This document shows positions 26,157 through 38,804 of a DNA stretch of 64,000 bases, piece after piece (position 1 is the first letter of the stretch; the number at the start of each line of letters is the position of its first letter). Both the position numbers and the translations under genes were made by a program. Source of the DNA: Octopus sinensis. Its lineage: Eukaryota. The stretch is taken from contig NC_043013.1 in assembly GCF_006345805.1 (NCBI RefSeq), positions 5,518,001 to 5,582,000 of the forward strand, in the 5' to 3' direction. A model generated the notes under the pieces. It was not told the DNA's origin and did no database searches. It saw only the letters and a program-made list of their open reading frames with translations.

Positions 26157-26509
26157 GATTAATTCAAAATAAGAAAACTGTGGCAAAGCTGTGTGACAGT
26201 GTTGTCAGACCATCAAACAACTTGCTTGATATTGCATTTTTATACTTCTCCTCTGTTTTATTTTGACATGCGCATTGCGTTTTTACGAATCCAGTGTGCA
26301 CATGTGCATTCTGTGTTTGTTCATTCTTCTTTTGCCAGTTCCTACTTAAAACTGTTTACAGATGACAACCATGTCCACGAACGCAGTTGTGAGATGGTTG
26401 TGAAACAACGTAAAGAGATAAGCATTACTTTTGAATGTATAATGTGATTTCTAAAGGGTTAAAGTGGTCTAAATTACCTTCAAAATTTTATGTTAAATTT
26501 TCTTCCAAA

Positions 26510-26727
26510 TCCTTTGATGCCAACCCTCCTGAGACTGCTCCTGGTTCTCTGATACAAACTTCCTGTTTTAAAGTAATCTAATTCAAAGCCGCCCATCAAA
26601 ATATGTTAATTTCAGTTCCAAACACCAGCATAATAATGGCAAAATTATTTGACTCAATTTTTCATTATTTTCAGAATTAATTAAAACAGAGCTGCTTATT
26701 TCAACAGAAATTATAACAACAAAAGAG
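26510..26727. mobile_element. Diverged piggyBac-type MITE, related subfamily
   Basis: CCTTTGATGCCAACC...ACAAAAGAG|TTAA, same length and layout as the 63709 element. A partial second 3' end runs to ~26830. Confidence 0.5.
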
Positions 26728-27432
26728 TTAATAATGTGAAAGCTATTTTTACTAATTTCTCCAATAATTTCTAAGTTAATTGAAGCAAGGGCAACATATT
26801 TCAATAGAAATATGGCAACAAAAGGATTAATAGACAGTAGGGTGTAATCTCAAAAAGCACTGGTGCTTTTGGGTTTTTTAAATTATATAATTGGTTGAGT
26901 AACCCACAGACTATATTGAAGCTTCCCTGTGATCTTAAATAGCTTCAGGTCAGCCCTGATTGAATAGGCCTTTGTACAATGATGTTTTGTATTTTTTTAG
27001 GGTTATCTTGTCCAGTGAGTTTGTGATTTGAGAGAGATTTGTTTATTTTTATTCTAGCAGGTCATAAGATGGTGACCTTTTTAGATTTTTAGTCCAACAC
27101 AGGCATTGCTGTGTAGTTATGAAGTTGGCTTCTCAACTGTATGTTTTGGAGTTCAGTCCCACTGCAAGGTACTTTGGGCAAATGTCTTCTACTATGGTCC
27201 TGGACCAATTAAAGCCTTTGTTAGTGGATTTGGTAGAAACTGAAAGAAGCCCACCATATATATGATGTAACTGCCCAAAACAGTAAGGACATCTGGTAAC
27301 TTGACTGAGGAAAGAAGGCCACAAATGACCTGTCATTTTTTCCCCTGTCCTTCTAATTATTGCTTCTCCTGTCCGCCTTTGTATCATCTATCTGTCTGAA
27401 TGTTTTACTGTATTCTATTGTGTTTTTATTCC

Positions 27433-27471
<39 letters not shown>

Positions 27472-28534
27472 AGAGCTAAGCAATGGAGTAGATAAGATCC
27501 ATTCCTTAACTCTTGTATTCTTATTTGCATACCTGGCAACCCTGATTGCCTACCATGAAATGTAAAGAACTCTTTTCAATTTATCATACTTCAGTAAGAA
27601 AAAAATGTCCACGACCTTCCCTCTCAATAAACCACTATTGTCTCTGAAAGCTGTTTTTTATATTTACTATGGATTGCTTGAAGCTAACTTTCTTCCTACA
27701 CCACGATCCTTGGATCTTATATATATATATGAATGTGTGTGTGTGTGTACCTTTTCTTGGCATGTGATGATTGTAAATGAGCATTGCTGTCATACAGTGA
27801 GGTTGTTCATTTCCAATATGCTACAAAAACATATCTGGCCACAGGGAAATATTACCTTGCTTGGAAACAGGTGAAGGTTGGTGACAGGAAGGGCATCTGG
27901 CTGCCTGTAATAGTCTGCTTCAACAAATTTCATCTGACTGATTCAAAGAATGGAAAAATGGTGATGATGATGATGTATATTCTTCTGTTACTAAGCTGTA
28001 AAAATAAAGAATTCTTTTTCTTGGAAATGGGTCAAGTGACCTTTCAGAAGATTCATCCTCAGCTTGCATTCCCCACTCCTGTTTTCATGTTTCTTTGAAG
28101 GCGTAGCTGAATAAAAATAACAACTTTGAAACTAGGAGCATTGATGAAAGTTCAGTTACCATTTCAAATAAAAGAATATACATATACTGACAAAGAACTA
28201 TGCAACCACACAGAAGTTTGCTGCCTTCCAATGGCAATGTTCTTTAGTTTCTGTTTATATATGTCGCCGAGTACAGACAATACATAAAAACTAGATTGTG
28301 ACCAAACTCAAAATAACAAAATAAGACCCCAACAACAAACAATGTATACATTGACGTAACAATAGCAACATATAAGAGATCAGTATTGCACTAATAACAC
28401 TTAGGAGGAAGTTTATTATTGGCAAAATGTAATTACATGTCTGAACACAGATATTTCTAACAATGATAGGAAAGAGTGAGCGATTCTTTAACATGTGCTC
28501 TACTGCAGACAGGCAGGCAGGCAGACTGACTGAA

Positions 28535-28880
28535 TGACTGACTGGAGCACAGCCCTGAAGAGTTTTTAGTTGAATGAATTGACCCCAATACTTTTTTGTT
28601 TTTTTTTAAGATTATTCTAAGGGTCCCTTTTGCGGAATTGCTAAGTTACAGGGACAAACCAACTCTGGTTGTCAAGAGGTGATGGGGGATAAACACAAAC
28701 ACATACACACACACGTACACATGATGGGCTTCTTTCAGTTTCCGCCTACCAAATCGAATCACAAGGCTTTGGTTGACCTGAGGCTATCGTAGAAAACACT
28801 TGCCTAACGTGCCAAGCAGTGAGACTGAACTTGGAACCTTCTTGTTGGGGAGCGAACTTCTTATCACACAGCCACACTTC
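28535..28880 (-). mobile_element. SINE family A, CpG-decayed
   Basis: Family A layout with TpG/CpA at consensus CpG sites. Confidence 0.75.
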
Positions 28881-29290
28881 TGCCTATGTTTAATATTTGC
28901 AAACAACTTGCAGATGCAAGTGCTACCAGTTAAAAGCTCTGCATACTAGACAGTAGCTGGCTTATGGGGGTCATCAGGAGGGCATGCACTCTTGTTTCAG
29001 GGCCTTCCTCTCAACAACATTATTGCTCACTGCCACCCACCCCATTCAACTGATGTTCCACTTGCCAGATCAACTAGTTACTAGCCTTCACCCAGTATTC
29101 TTCTAGCCATTGTTCATTGTCTCTTTCTAGTAAAATCCAGTGGCTTGCCTTCTCCATTGTAGCCTGGGTATTTGCTCAGGCTGGTATTTGCTTCCACATG
29201 AATCTTTCTGTTTGAACTTATATTAAATCCTTGGCTTGAAACTCATATATATATATACCATTATTAATAATAACTTGTTGCCTGCCACTT

Positions 29291-29345
<55 letters not shown>

Positions 29346-29348
<3 letters not shown>

Positions 29349-29720
29349 TGCAGGAGCGGCTATGTAGTAAGTAGTTTGCTTACCAACCACATGGTTCCGG
29401 GTTCAGTCCCACTGTGTGGCACCTTGGGCAAGTGTCTTCTACTCTAGCCTCGGGTCGACCAAAGCTTTGTGAGTGGATTTGGCAGACGGAAACTGAAAGA
29501 AGCATGTCATGTGTTTGTGTGTGTGTGTGTGTGTGTCCCCCGCCAACATCGCTTGACAACTGATGCCAGTGTGTTTACATCCCCGTAACTTAGTGGTTCA
29601 GCAAAAGTGACCGATAGATAAGTACTAGGCTTACAAAGAATAAGTTCTGGTGTTGATTTGTTTGGCTAATGATGGTGCTCCAGCATGGCCTCGGTCAACT
29701 GACTGAAACAAATAAAAGAA
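29346..29720 (+). mobile_element. SINE family A
   Basis: GGTGCAGGAGCGGCTATGTAGTAAG...GACTGAAACAAATAAAAG. Confidence 0.88.
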
Positions 29721-30196
29721 TATATATATATACATATACTGACAAAGAACTATGCAACCACACAGAAGTGTCTAGTATCATCCTGATTGAAGTCGATAAA
29801 CTGCATTAGGAATCACTTTGACCCAGATTTTGATTGCTGTGGATGTGGCTTGGTCGCCTGCAGCATTAATATCCTTGAGAAAGCCTGAAATACACAGCCA
29901 TGTTTATCTCGGGAAATCAGGTGATTGACTTAGTTTATCTGACTGGTATGTAGGATAAGGAAATGTGTAGTATTATTGTGTGTGTGTGTGTGTGTGATAT
30001 GAAGGCATGGGATAGGTGCAGCATAGCTGTGTAGTTCCGAAATATGCTTCCCAACCACATGGTTTCAGGTTCAGTCCCACTGAACGACACCTTGGGCAAG
30101 TGTTTTCTGTTATAGCCCCAGGTTAACCAAAGCTAATGGGGGGGGGTACTTTGTGGACAGAAACTAAAATAGGCCTGTCGTATGTATGTATATATA

Positions 30197-30465
30197 AATA
30201 AGACATATGCATACATACATACATATATATATACATACCTACATCTATATGTATATATACAAGCATATATATATGTATGTGAGTGCAGGACACCTTATTT
30301 GTGGTGTCCTGTACTCACATATATATATATATATGCATGTATATATACATATAAATGTAGGTATGTACATATATGTATGGATGTATGCATATGTTTTATT
30401 GTTAAATTGTTATTATATGATTGAACGCCTCGCATCACTTTCTTATTTCTCCAAGTAAGTTTTTA
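30197..30465. repeat. Fold-back (~97 bp imperfect arms, 8 nt loop) at the end of a dispersed repeat
   Basis: 30197-30294 is the inverted copy of 30303-30400 (GAGTGCAGGACACC / GGTGTCCTGTACTC). The right arm continues as a homologue of the repeat at 1990-2180. Confidence 0.8.
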
Positions 30466-30544
30466 TTATGTATGTATATATATATATATATATTATATAT
30501 ATATATATATACACCCACACACATGTTAATGTCTCCTTGTCTTG

Positions 30545-30925
30545 ACATCATATGACGTTTGTAAATGAGCTTCACTGTCACACAAGCTGTGTCCTTCATT
30601 TCCAGTCTTCCATGGAAATGTGTTCAGCCAAAGGAAAATATTACCATGCTTGGAAGCAGATGAGGGTCAGTGACACGAAGGGTATCCCCGGCTGTAGAAA
30701 TTCTGCCTCAAGGAATGCTGTCCAACCCGAGCAAGCAAGCATGGAAGAGTGGACATTAAGATGATGATGGTGATGGCACATAATCACCATCATTTTTACA
30801 ACTTTCCTTTTCCATGTTGGCATGGGTTGGAAAGGACTTTTTGAAACTGTTTTTATAGCCAGATACCCTTCTTGAGCCAATCCTTTTAGTCACCTCTCAT
30901 GACATGCAGGGACACATGGCAAAAA
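30545..30925. mobile_element. Two RTE-tail elements, tail-to-tail
   Basis: + copy ends GCATGGAAGAGTGGACATTAAGATGATG at ~30770. The - copy starts CATCATTTTTACAACTTTCCTTTTCCATGTTGGCATGGGTTGG. Confidence 0.7.
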
Positions 30926-31806
30926 TAATACACACTTTGAAATCTTATATGTATCTGTGCACACACACACACTTCTTTTTGTAAAAGCCCACACAAGCTT
31001 TTTTTTCTTACATTTTCCCCAAGCTCACATGTATATATTACACTGTGTAACACAGTTTTTGTTCTTGGGTAGGAACTGTTATTGCCTATTTGAAAGTATA
31101 GAAAATGGCTAATATTTCCTTCAAACTTTGCCATTCTTACATTTATGTAAACCACGAAGAATTCCTCTCAACACATGGCTATGATGCTACCTCACTAATC
31201 CTGGTCATGGTCAGAGATGCATTTGTCAGCCACTAAGGGACACATTCAAGTGGCTGCTGTCAAGCAACTTACAAGTAAATCTGTGATATTGAGCAGAATA
31301 TTTGCTATAATGATATTTCTGCTTCAGCAACTCAGTGCTGAATCTGTAATGGAAAACAGGCCAGTTTCAAAACATTGATACCTAGGTTTCAAAAGCAAAG
31401 ATTGAAGGGACTGAATAGTAGTAATCTCCTTTAGTTTCTAGACAGAAGCAAATAGGAAATAACACCAGCTGACCAAAGACAAAAAAATTAAAATTTTGTT
31501 ACTCAGTGTTATATAATCTCTTTATGTAAAAATATCCCCACATACTCCACTGCCCATTTCCATCCCTGTTCAATACTTATGTAAACACACATTAAACCAA
31601 TTCTGTCACAAAAGACTATTTAAAAGCCATCACTCTCCGATGGCCCACAAATACATTAAATTTTTTTTAAATTGTTTTTGTTGAAAAGGTCAGTGACCCA
31701 TTTGTGAGCTGCAACCAACCTGTTGCCAATTCTTGTCACACACACACACAAGCATTATATTTGATTGTTAGAATCTAATGTTTCCATTCTATTTTTCCAT
31801 TGACAG

Positions 31807-31948
31807 GTAGTCAGAATGCGTGTGAAAGGACTTCATTTGAATTTCTGCGTAAAGAATTGCCTGTTAGGCTTGCCAATATAATGAAGGAGATCAACCTTCT
31901 GCCAGACAATCTTCTACAAATGCCTTCAGTGGCCATGGTACAGAGCTG
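31807..31948 (+). CDS. Pdk: Pyruvate dehydrogenase kinase, coding exon 2 (142 nt)
   Basis: Branch-like CTAAT near 31775, pyrimidine tract and acceptor TTGACAG|GT. G+GT joins in phase to give [48 protein letters not shown], the conserved [19 protein letters not shown] block. Donor CTG|GTGAGT at 31948/31949, phase 2. Confidence 0.96.
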
Positions 31949-32224
31949 GTGAGTGATTTCATCCATTTTTATCTTCCTTCTTTCTTTGTGTTGTGTCACA
32001 TGACTGAAGGAATAAGGTGCTGCAGTGACTGACCACACAGGCCCCAGGTTCAAATTCACTGCATGCAGGAATTTCTTGGTGGTGGTGTTGGTGGAGGTAC
32101 ATTTTTTTTTCAGCCCAGGTAAGGGACCAACATCCTGTTCAGTTGTGGTGGTGGTGGTGGTGGTGGTGTGGGTTATAATCTCAGTCATTTAACCCTTTTG
32201 CACAGTGGTTCTCAACCAATTTTT

Positions 32225-32495
32225 ACCTATTAAAAAAAAAATAAAGAAAAATGGTGAAGTTTCCTTTTTGAGCCACACTGATTCATAAAGGCCAGTTTTC
32301 ATGGTGTATAAATTCCCCAACTGGACAGGATGCCGATCCATTGCAGGATTACTCATTTTTGCCAAATGAATAAACAGGAGCAATGTGAAATGAAGTGTTT
32401 TGCTCAAGAACAAAACATATCACCCAGTCCAGGAATTGAAACAACAATCTTACGATCATGAGTCTAACACCCTAACTACTAAGCTACCTGCCTCC
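32225..32495 (-). mobile_element. SINE family C, diverged
   Basis: GTGAAATGAAGTGTTTTGCTCAAGAACA...GGAATTGAAAC core in reverse. Confidence 0.7.
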
Positions 32496-32734
32496 AAGGA
32501 GAAATCCTTGCAGCCATCCATACATACAGGCATATCTTTTGTGGCCGTGTCCCCACTCCCTCTCCCAGCTGAGAGGTCTTTGTCTTGCAGATGCTGGTAC
32601 TGCACAAGATGCACTTGTGCCAGTGCTATGTAAATGCACATAAAAAGTACCCAGTGCATTTTGATTGGTGTTTGGAAGGGCATCTGGCCTTCTCCCCTTG
32701 GAAGCATAAAATGGCACAGTCACCCTTGTTTGGG

Positions 32735-32850
32735 CCTGTGTTCAGTCCCACTGTGTGGTACTTTGGGCAAATATCTTCTACTATAGCCCCAAGCCTGCCA
32801 AAGCCTTGTAAGTTGATTTGCTCAAAGGAAACTGAAAGAAGCCTATTGTA

Positions 32851-32881
<31 letters not shown>

Positions 32882-33130
32882 TATATATATATATAGATGA
32901 ATGTGTGTGTATTTGTGTATGTCTGTGTGTGTCTGTGTTGTGTTTGTCCCCTACCACTGCTTGACAAGTGGTGTTGGTTTGTTTATGTCTGCATGATTTA
33001 GCAGTTTGCAAAAGAGACCAATAGAATAATTACTTGACTTCAAAAAGCAATAAGTAGTGGGGTTTATTTGTTACGCTAAACCCACCAAGGTGGTGCACTA
33101 GCATGGCCCACAGCCCAGTGACTGAGACAG
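32735..33130 (+). mobile_element. SINE family A, diverged
   Basis: TTCAGTCCCACTGTGTGGTACTTTGGGCAAA...GACTGAGACAG. Confidence 0.75.
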
Positions 33131-33674
33131 TTGGGAAATACATAGTGCAACAAAATATTCTGTTGACTGGCATTTTATTAAGTGACATATTTAATTTCAT
33201 TGAGAGATGCAAACTCACGGTCACCCTTGTCTGTTTTTTGTCAATGTATGACTACAGTTTGGTTAGTGAGAATCAAGGTGTCCCCTCTCGCTCCTCACAA
33301 CATCATGTTGTTTGCAAGCTTTTGATATTAGGTCAGTCACCCGGTTAATGCTGGATTCAGCTTGATAAGAAATAGTAAAAGTAATTACATACAACTTTTG
33401 TACTCTTTAATGTTAATGCTGTTGATATTATCACAAACAATGAAATATGAGGATTATGATAAGGTAATCACTTCATCGTCATCATGATCAACTTCCAGAC
33501 ATTACAGCCTCAAGTCCCAGGACTGATAGGGTTGGTCAGTTAGTTTCCATGGTGTATGAATGACCACGATCACAATACTAGCTTTGAACAGGGCACCAGT
33601 TTATTGTGGGGTTACTCATTTACAAATTGTGGACTGGAGCAATGTAAAATGAATTGTTTTACTCCAGAACACCC

Positions 33675-33940
33675 TTACAACTAGTTATCCCATCATGTAT
33701 TGTCATTCTTTCATTTTGTTTACCCATCTCAAGGCAACACTCTTTCATTTAGTTATCCCGTCTTGAAATCAAACCCTCATGTCAAGCTCACCCATCTTGG
33801 AGTAATACCCTCTCATCTAGTTAGTCCATATTGGGGTAACCCCTAACATCCAATCTTGGGGTAACAACCTCTGTTTGTTTGCCCATCTCAAGGCAATACC
33901 TCCTTTCATCTTGTTATCCCATCTTGAAGTAACATAGCAC
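33675..33940. repeat. ~35 bp degenerate tandem repeat
   Basis: Recurring TCATCTAGTTATCCCATCTTG-like unit. Confidence 0.6.
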
Positions 33941-33964
33941 AGCTCACTTTTAAACTGCTTTCCA

Positions 33965-34255
33965 AGTCATCATCATCATCATCATCATCATTTAGCGTCC
34001 GCTTTCCATGCTAGCATGGGTTGGACGGTTCAACTGGGGTCTGGGAAGCCAGAAGGCTGCACCAGGCTCAGTCTGATCTGGCAGTGTTTCTACAGCTGGA
34101 TGCCCTTTCTAACGCCAACCACTCCGTGAGTGTAGTGGGTGCTTTTTACGTGCCACCAGCACAGGTGCCAGACGGAGCTGGCAAACGGCCACCGACGGAT
34201 GGTGCTTTTTACGTGCCACCTGCACGGGGCCAGACAAAGCTGGCAGCGGCCACAA
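33965..34255 (-). mobile_element. Non-autonomous element sharing the RTE 3' tail
   Basis: (CAT)n TTTAGCGTCCGCTTTCCATGCTAGCATGGGTTGGACGG... is nearly identical to 50101-50270. Confidence 0.85.
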
Positions 34256-35421
34256 GTATCTAATAATAATTAATTAGTAATCAAATAAAATTTATTGAGG
34301 GTGTGTGTGTAACTATTACTGTACATGTGTGTCTGTTTATTCATGCATACCTGTGCACATGTGACTGCATGTGAGCATCAAGTGGAATTTGCATATGAGA
34401 GAGGTCTGCATACTCATGTATTTACATTCGTGTGTATGTATTGATGTATGTTTGCATGCATGTGCTTCTCTGCATTCATGTCTTTATGTACCTATGTTTG
34501 TTTGCTTGTATGTATGGTGTGTATGCATGTAGGTGTCTATTTATGTATGTGTGTATGCATGCATTCATGTGTGTGTACATGCATGTCCATATGTGTGTGA
34601 ATGCATGTATAAATGTATCTGTATATAAGTATGCCTGTATGTATGTGTTCGTGTATACATACATGGAGGCTTTGTTGTGCCTGGCAGTCTACCAACAAAA
34701 GGTAACTTACTACAAATACAAGCAACAACTTACATTTCCATCAGGTGATACATTAGTAATACTAGTTTGGAGGAGGGGGAGGAAAAGGGGGAGGAGGGGC
34801 AACTAATGGACGAAACAACTATTTTTAGTCATATTTCTTTTATTTATCTTGGATAATTTGGTAAGTAAGATGAGTGAAGAATTCCTCTGGCAGAATAATC
34901 TAAAACTTTTTGTTTGGTACTCATAACAGGTTCTCAGTTTCATGTCTGTTTTGTCAATATTAGGCGTAGCACTTAGGCACACACACACTCTATTAAAACC
35001 TCTTGGTGTCAGGCCTATCTATTATTCCTTAAGTTTTTAAGTAACCATCGTATTAAAATAGTTAATTTATAGTTAATTGGTTACCTTACCTTTTGAATTA
35101 TTAATAGTGTGTGTGCGTGTGTGAGTGAGTGTAAAGTCCCCTGGGGAGAGAGAGAGAACATATGGCACTTTGATAACAGGAGAATAAGAATGGCTATTTT
35201 GACCTATCTGGGTCTTATACAGTGTAATTGGAATTGTGTGGTTAAGCAATTATGCAAACTGTTTTAGAGTGAATAATTTAGAGCTGCTATTGTCTTGAAA
35301 AACATAGTTAAGTGTTTTATATATATATATATATATATATACATACACTTACTCATACATATACATCTGTGTGTATGTGTGTATATATATATGTATATAT
35401 ATATGTGTGTGTGTGTGTGTA

Positions 35422-35579
35422 TTATTAAGACAATGAAAAAATGCTATCTGATATTGAGGTCACATTCATTACTATTAATATCATTACTATTAATATATAT
35501 ATATTAATAGTAATGGTATGACAACAAAAGAATGAATGTGACCTCAATATCAGATAGCATTTTTTGATTGTCTTAATAA
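35422..35579. repeat. Near-perfect inverted repeat with nested perfect palindrome
   Basis: Arms 35422-35470 and 35531-35579 match at 48/49. The spacer contains a perfect 34 nt palindrome at 35482-35515. Confidence 0.92.
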
Positions 35580-35636
35580 CTGACGAGATGCTGGAGCAGT
35601 TTTCCGCCGGGACATCAGAAACTCGGAGTTTTATTA
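35574..35636 (+). ncRNA. Minimal type-I hammerhead ribozyme motif
   Basis: UAAUAA-CUGACGA-GAUG...CAUC-A-GAAAC-UCGGA-GUU-UUAUUA. Stem I 6/6 Watson-Crick, stem II 4 bp plus extension, near-palindromic stem III ACUCGGAGU, GUU triplet. One extra A before GAAA. Confidence 0.6.
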
Positions 35637-35671
35637 TGGCAACTGAATAGTTGTCACATATTATATTACAG

Positions 35672-35709
<38 letters not shown>

Positions 35710-36003
35710 TCATCATCATCATCATCAACGGACGCTAAACGATGATGATGATGATGATGATGATATCTATATATATATATATATACACACACACATACAC
35801 ACACACACACACACCTCAGCACATAAGTGCAAAACAAGGTGGAAAAAGATAGTACTCGAATACCAAAGCTTTTGTTAAAGCAGCAAAATTCATCACAAGA
35901 CTGTTACTCAAGTGTCATGTTCCTGTTTGTTGGAACCTTGTGATGAATGGGAACAGGAAACTCTGAGTAACAGTCTTGTGATAATTTTGCAGCTTTAAAA
36001 AAA

Positions 36004-36043
<40 letters not shown>

Positions 36044-36049
36044 GCATGT

Positions 36050-36255
36050 GTTTGTGTGTCTGTGTTTGTCCCACCACCATTGCTTGACAACCGATGCTGG
36101 TGTGTTTACGTCCCTGTAATGTAGCGTTTCAGCAAAAAAGACCAATAGAATAAGTACTAGGTTTACAAAGAATAAGTTCTGGGGTTGATTTGTTTGACTA
36201 AAAGGTGGTGCTCCTGCATGGCTGCAGTCAAATGACTGAAACAAATAAAAGAATA
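36050..36255 (+). mobile_element. SINE family A, 3' half
   Basis: GCTTGACAACCGATGCTGG...GACTGAAACAAATAAAAG. Confidence 0.8.
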
Positions 36256-36671
36256 TATATATCAAAAGGATGTGTTAGAATATTATTCCACAGCCATACC
36301 AACAATCCAACATACCTCCATCATCAGCTGCCCCACAGATATCATTATGGTTTCGACACCTGGGTAGTACCATTTAATCTCGCAGTGTCAACAGCATGAA
36401 AATTAATGTTGTTTGGGAACAAACAAACCAAAGAAACCACAACTTTCAAACACATTTACCCTATGAACAACCATATCGGTAAATAAATTCAGTAAGTAAA
36501 TTACAACCAACTCCTAAATACGTAACTAAACAGCAACAAATCTATTAAGTCATACAAAAATTATAACTCCTACTGTCTTCTGTAGTGTAATATAAAAGTG
36601 AAAGCTTAATAACCACATTTTTTCAATCAATCAGTTTATAGGCAGGATTAAACACTAACTTTAATAAAACT

Positions 36672-36713
<42 letters not shown>

Positions 36714-36768
36714 CACACACACATATACATACATATACATAATCAATTGCTTTCATGTAGAGGAGATA

Positions 36769-36810
36769 ACTTATACATGTTTCAGTCTTGTTCTGATTTC
36801 ATCAGTGAGT
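36769..36810 (-). ncRNA. Decayed minimal hammerhead ribozyme motif
   Basis: Minus strand ACUCA-CUGAUGA-AAUC(AGAACAA)GACU-GAAAC-AU-GUA-UAAGU. Core intact, palindromic ACAUGU. Two apparent G>A changes each break one pair, in stems I and II. Confidence 0.55.
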
Positions 36811-37405
36811 ATGCATTCTATGTGGCTTGTGTGTTATCGCAGTTGGGAGATGATCTGGCTGGTTTCCTGAAGCTAGATCCTTGAATGGTTAAGTCATTTG
36901 AATCACATTATTCCAAATGATCCCATTTCACAATTAATTGATTAATATTCTGATGGACATCATTGAACTGTGAAATAATTACAGTAAATGAGCCTTCCTA
37001 TCTATTCAAGCATGTCAAATCTATTTTGTGATATTCGAATAAATTAGGTATGGGTGATTTGTTGAAGGCATGTGTTTTTAATTATAGTTAAATGATATCA
37101 TTTGCATAACTAACTAATTAACCATTGATATAAAATGAGCTAATCGCAGAAACTCTGCATGGTTGCTTGCCCTTCAAACCACATCTTATTATCTTAAAAT
37201 AAAAAAGATAGAATAAATTGGATATTATTGCCCTAAGTATAAGTTATAATAAAAGTTGGGGTTATTTTATTGACCCTGGGAAATTGAAAGGACGAGTCAA
37301 CTTTAGTGGGACTTGAACTCAGAATTTAAATTGCTGTAACTAAAAACCACAAGATATCGTTTGATGCTTTATCAAGTTCATTGATCACCATTCCTAGGAT
37401 AAAAA

Positions 37406-37454
<49 letters not shown>

Positions 37455-37455
<1 letters not shown>

Positions 37456-37852
37456 CTCTCTTTTACTCTTTTACTTGTTTCAGTCATTTGACTGCGGCCA
37501 TGCTGGAGCACCGCCTTTAGTCGAGCAAATTGACCCCGGGACTTATTCTTTGTAAGCCCAGTACTTATTCTATCGGTCTCTTTTGCCGAACCGCTAAGTG
37601 ACGGGGACGTAAACACACCAGCATCGGTTGTCAAGCAATGCTAGAGGGACAAACACAGACACACAAACATATACACACACATACATATGTATATATACAT
37701 ATATACGACAGGCTTCTTTCAGTTTCCGTCTACCAAATCCACTCACAAGGCTTTGGTCAGCTATAGCAGAAGACACTTGCCCAAGATGCCACGAAGTGGG
37801 ACTGAACCCGGAACCATGTGGTTGGTAAGCAAGCTACTTACCACACAGCCAC
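37455..37852 (-). mobile_element. SINE family A, young
   Basis: Near-consensus copy, close to 25750-26156. Confidence 0.9.
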
Positions 37853-38667
37853 TTTTTTCTATGACAGTTCAACCTGCCAGATATAGCCAAATCTCCCTCA
37901 AACCTCACCCAGCCATCTTTAAAACCAAAAGTAACACATTGAATAATGTAGTCCTAGGTAAGCTGTGTCTGAACAAGTGTTTTGATGGTCATGGTTAGAA
38001 CACCTTTAATCATGTACATCTGCTGGATCGTGACTGACCTGGGATGAAACAACAACAATAATGGATGTCAATCAGTAAAACCAAATGCTGTATAGTGCAT
38101 GCTTTTATAGATTTAGACCAAGGTGGACTGTGGTGGGAGACAATGACATTTTTGACCTTCATATTTTGAGTATGAAGAAGAGAGAGCAAGTTTGAGAAGA
38201 TGGTGCCATTACATTACTTACAGCCAAAATATAAGCCACATGCTCTCTCTCTCTCTCTCTTTTTCTAAATGTGTGTGTGTGCATGTGGATGTATTTTTCT
38301 TTAACAAGTATAGTATTACCTGTTAAAGAGGGTGGGCAGCTGGCAGAATCATTAACACACCGCGCAAAATGCTTTGTGGCATTTCATCTGCCTTTACATT
38401 CTGAGGTCAAATTCTGCCAAGGTCAGACTTTGCCTTTCGTCATTTCAGGGTCGATAAAATAAGTACCTGTTGAGCACTGATGTGTGTGTGTCTGTGTTTG
38501 TATCCCTGCCATTGCTTGGCAACTGCTGTTGGTGTGCTTATCTCCCTGTAACTTAGCAGTTTGGTAAAAGAATAAGTCCTGGGGTTGATTTGTTTGACTA
38601 AAACCCTTTAAGACGGTGCTCCAGCATGTCTGCAGTCAAATGACTGAAACAAGTAAAAGAATAAAGA

Positions 38668-38706
<39 letters not shown>

Positions 38707-38804
38707 ATATATATATGTATAAGGGTGAAAAGGAACACACGAGTTGATATATATGGAAAAAACAAGTCAAAAATAGAAAATGCTAAAATAATTTTATAGT
38801 GAAC

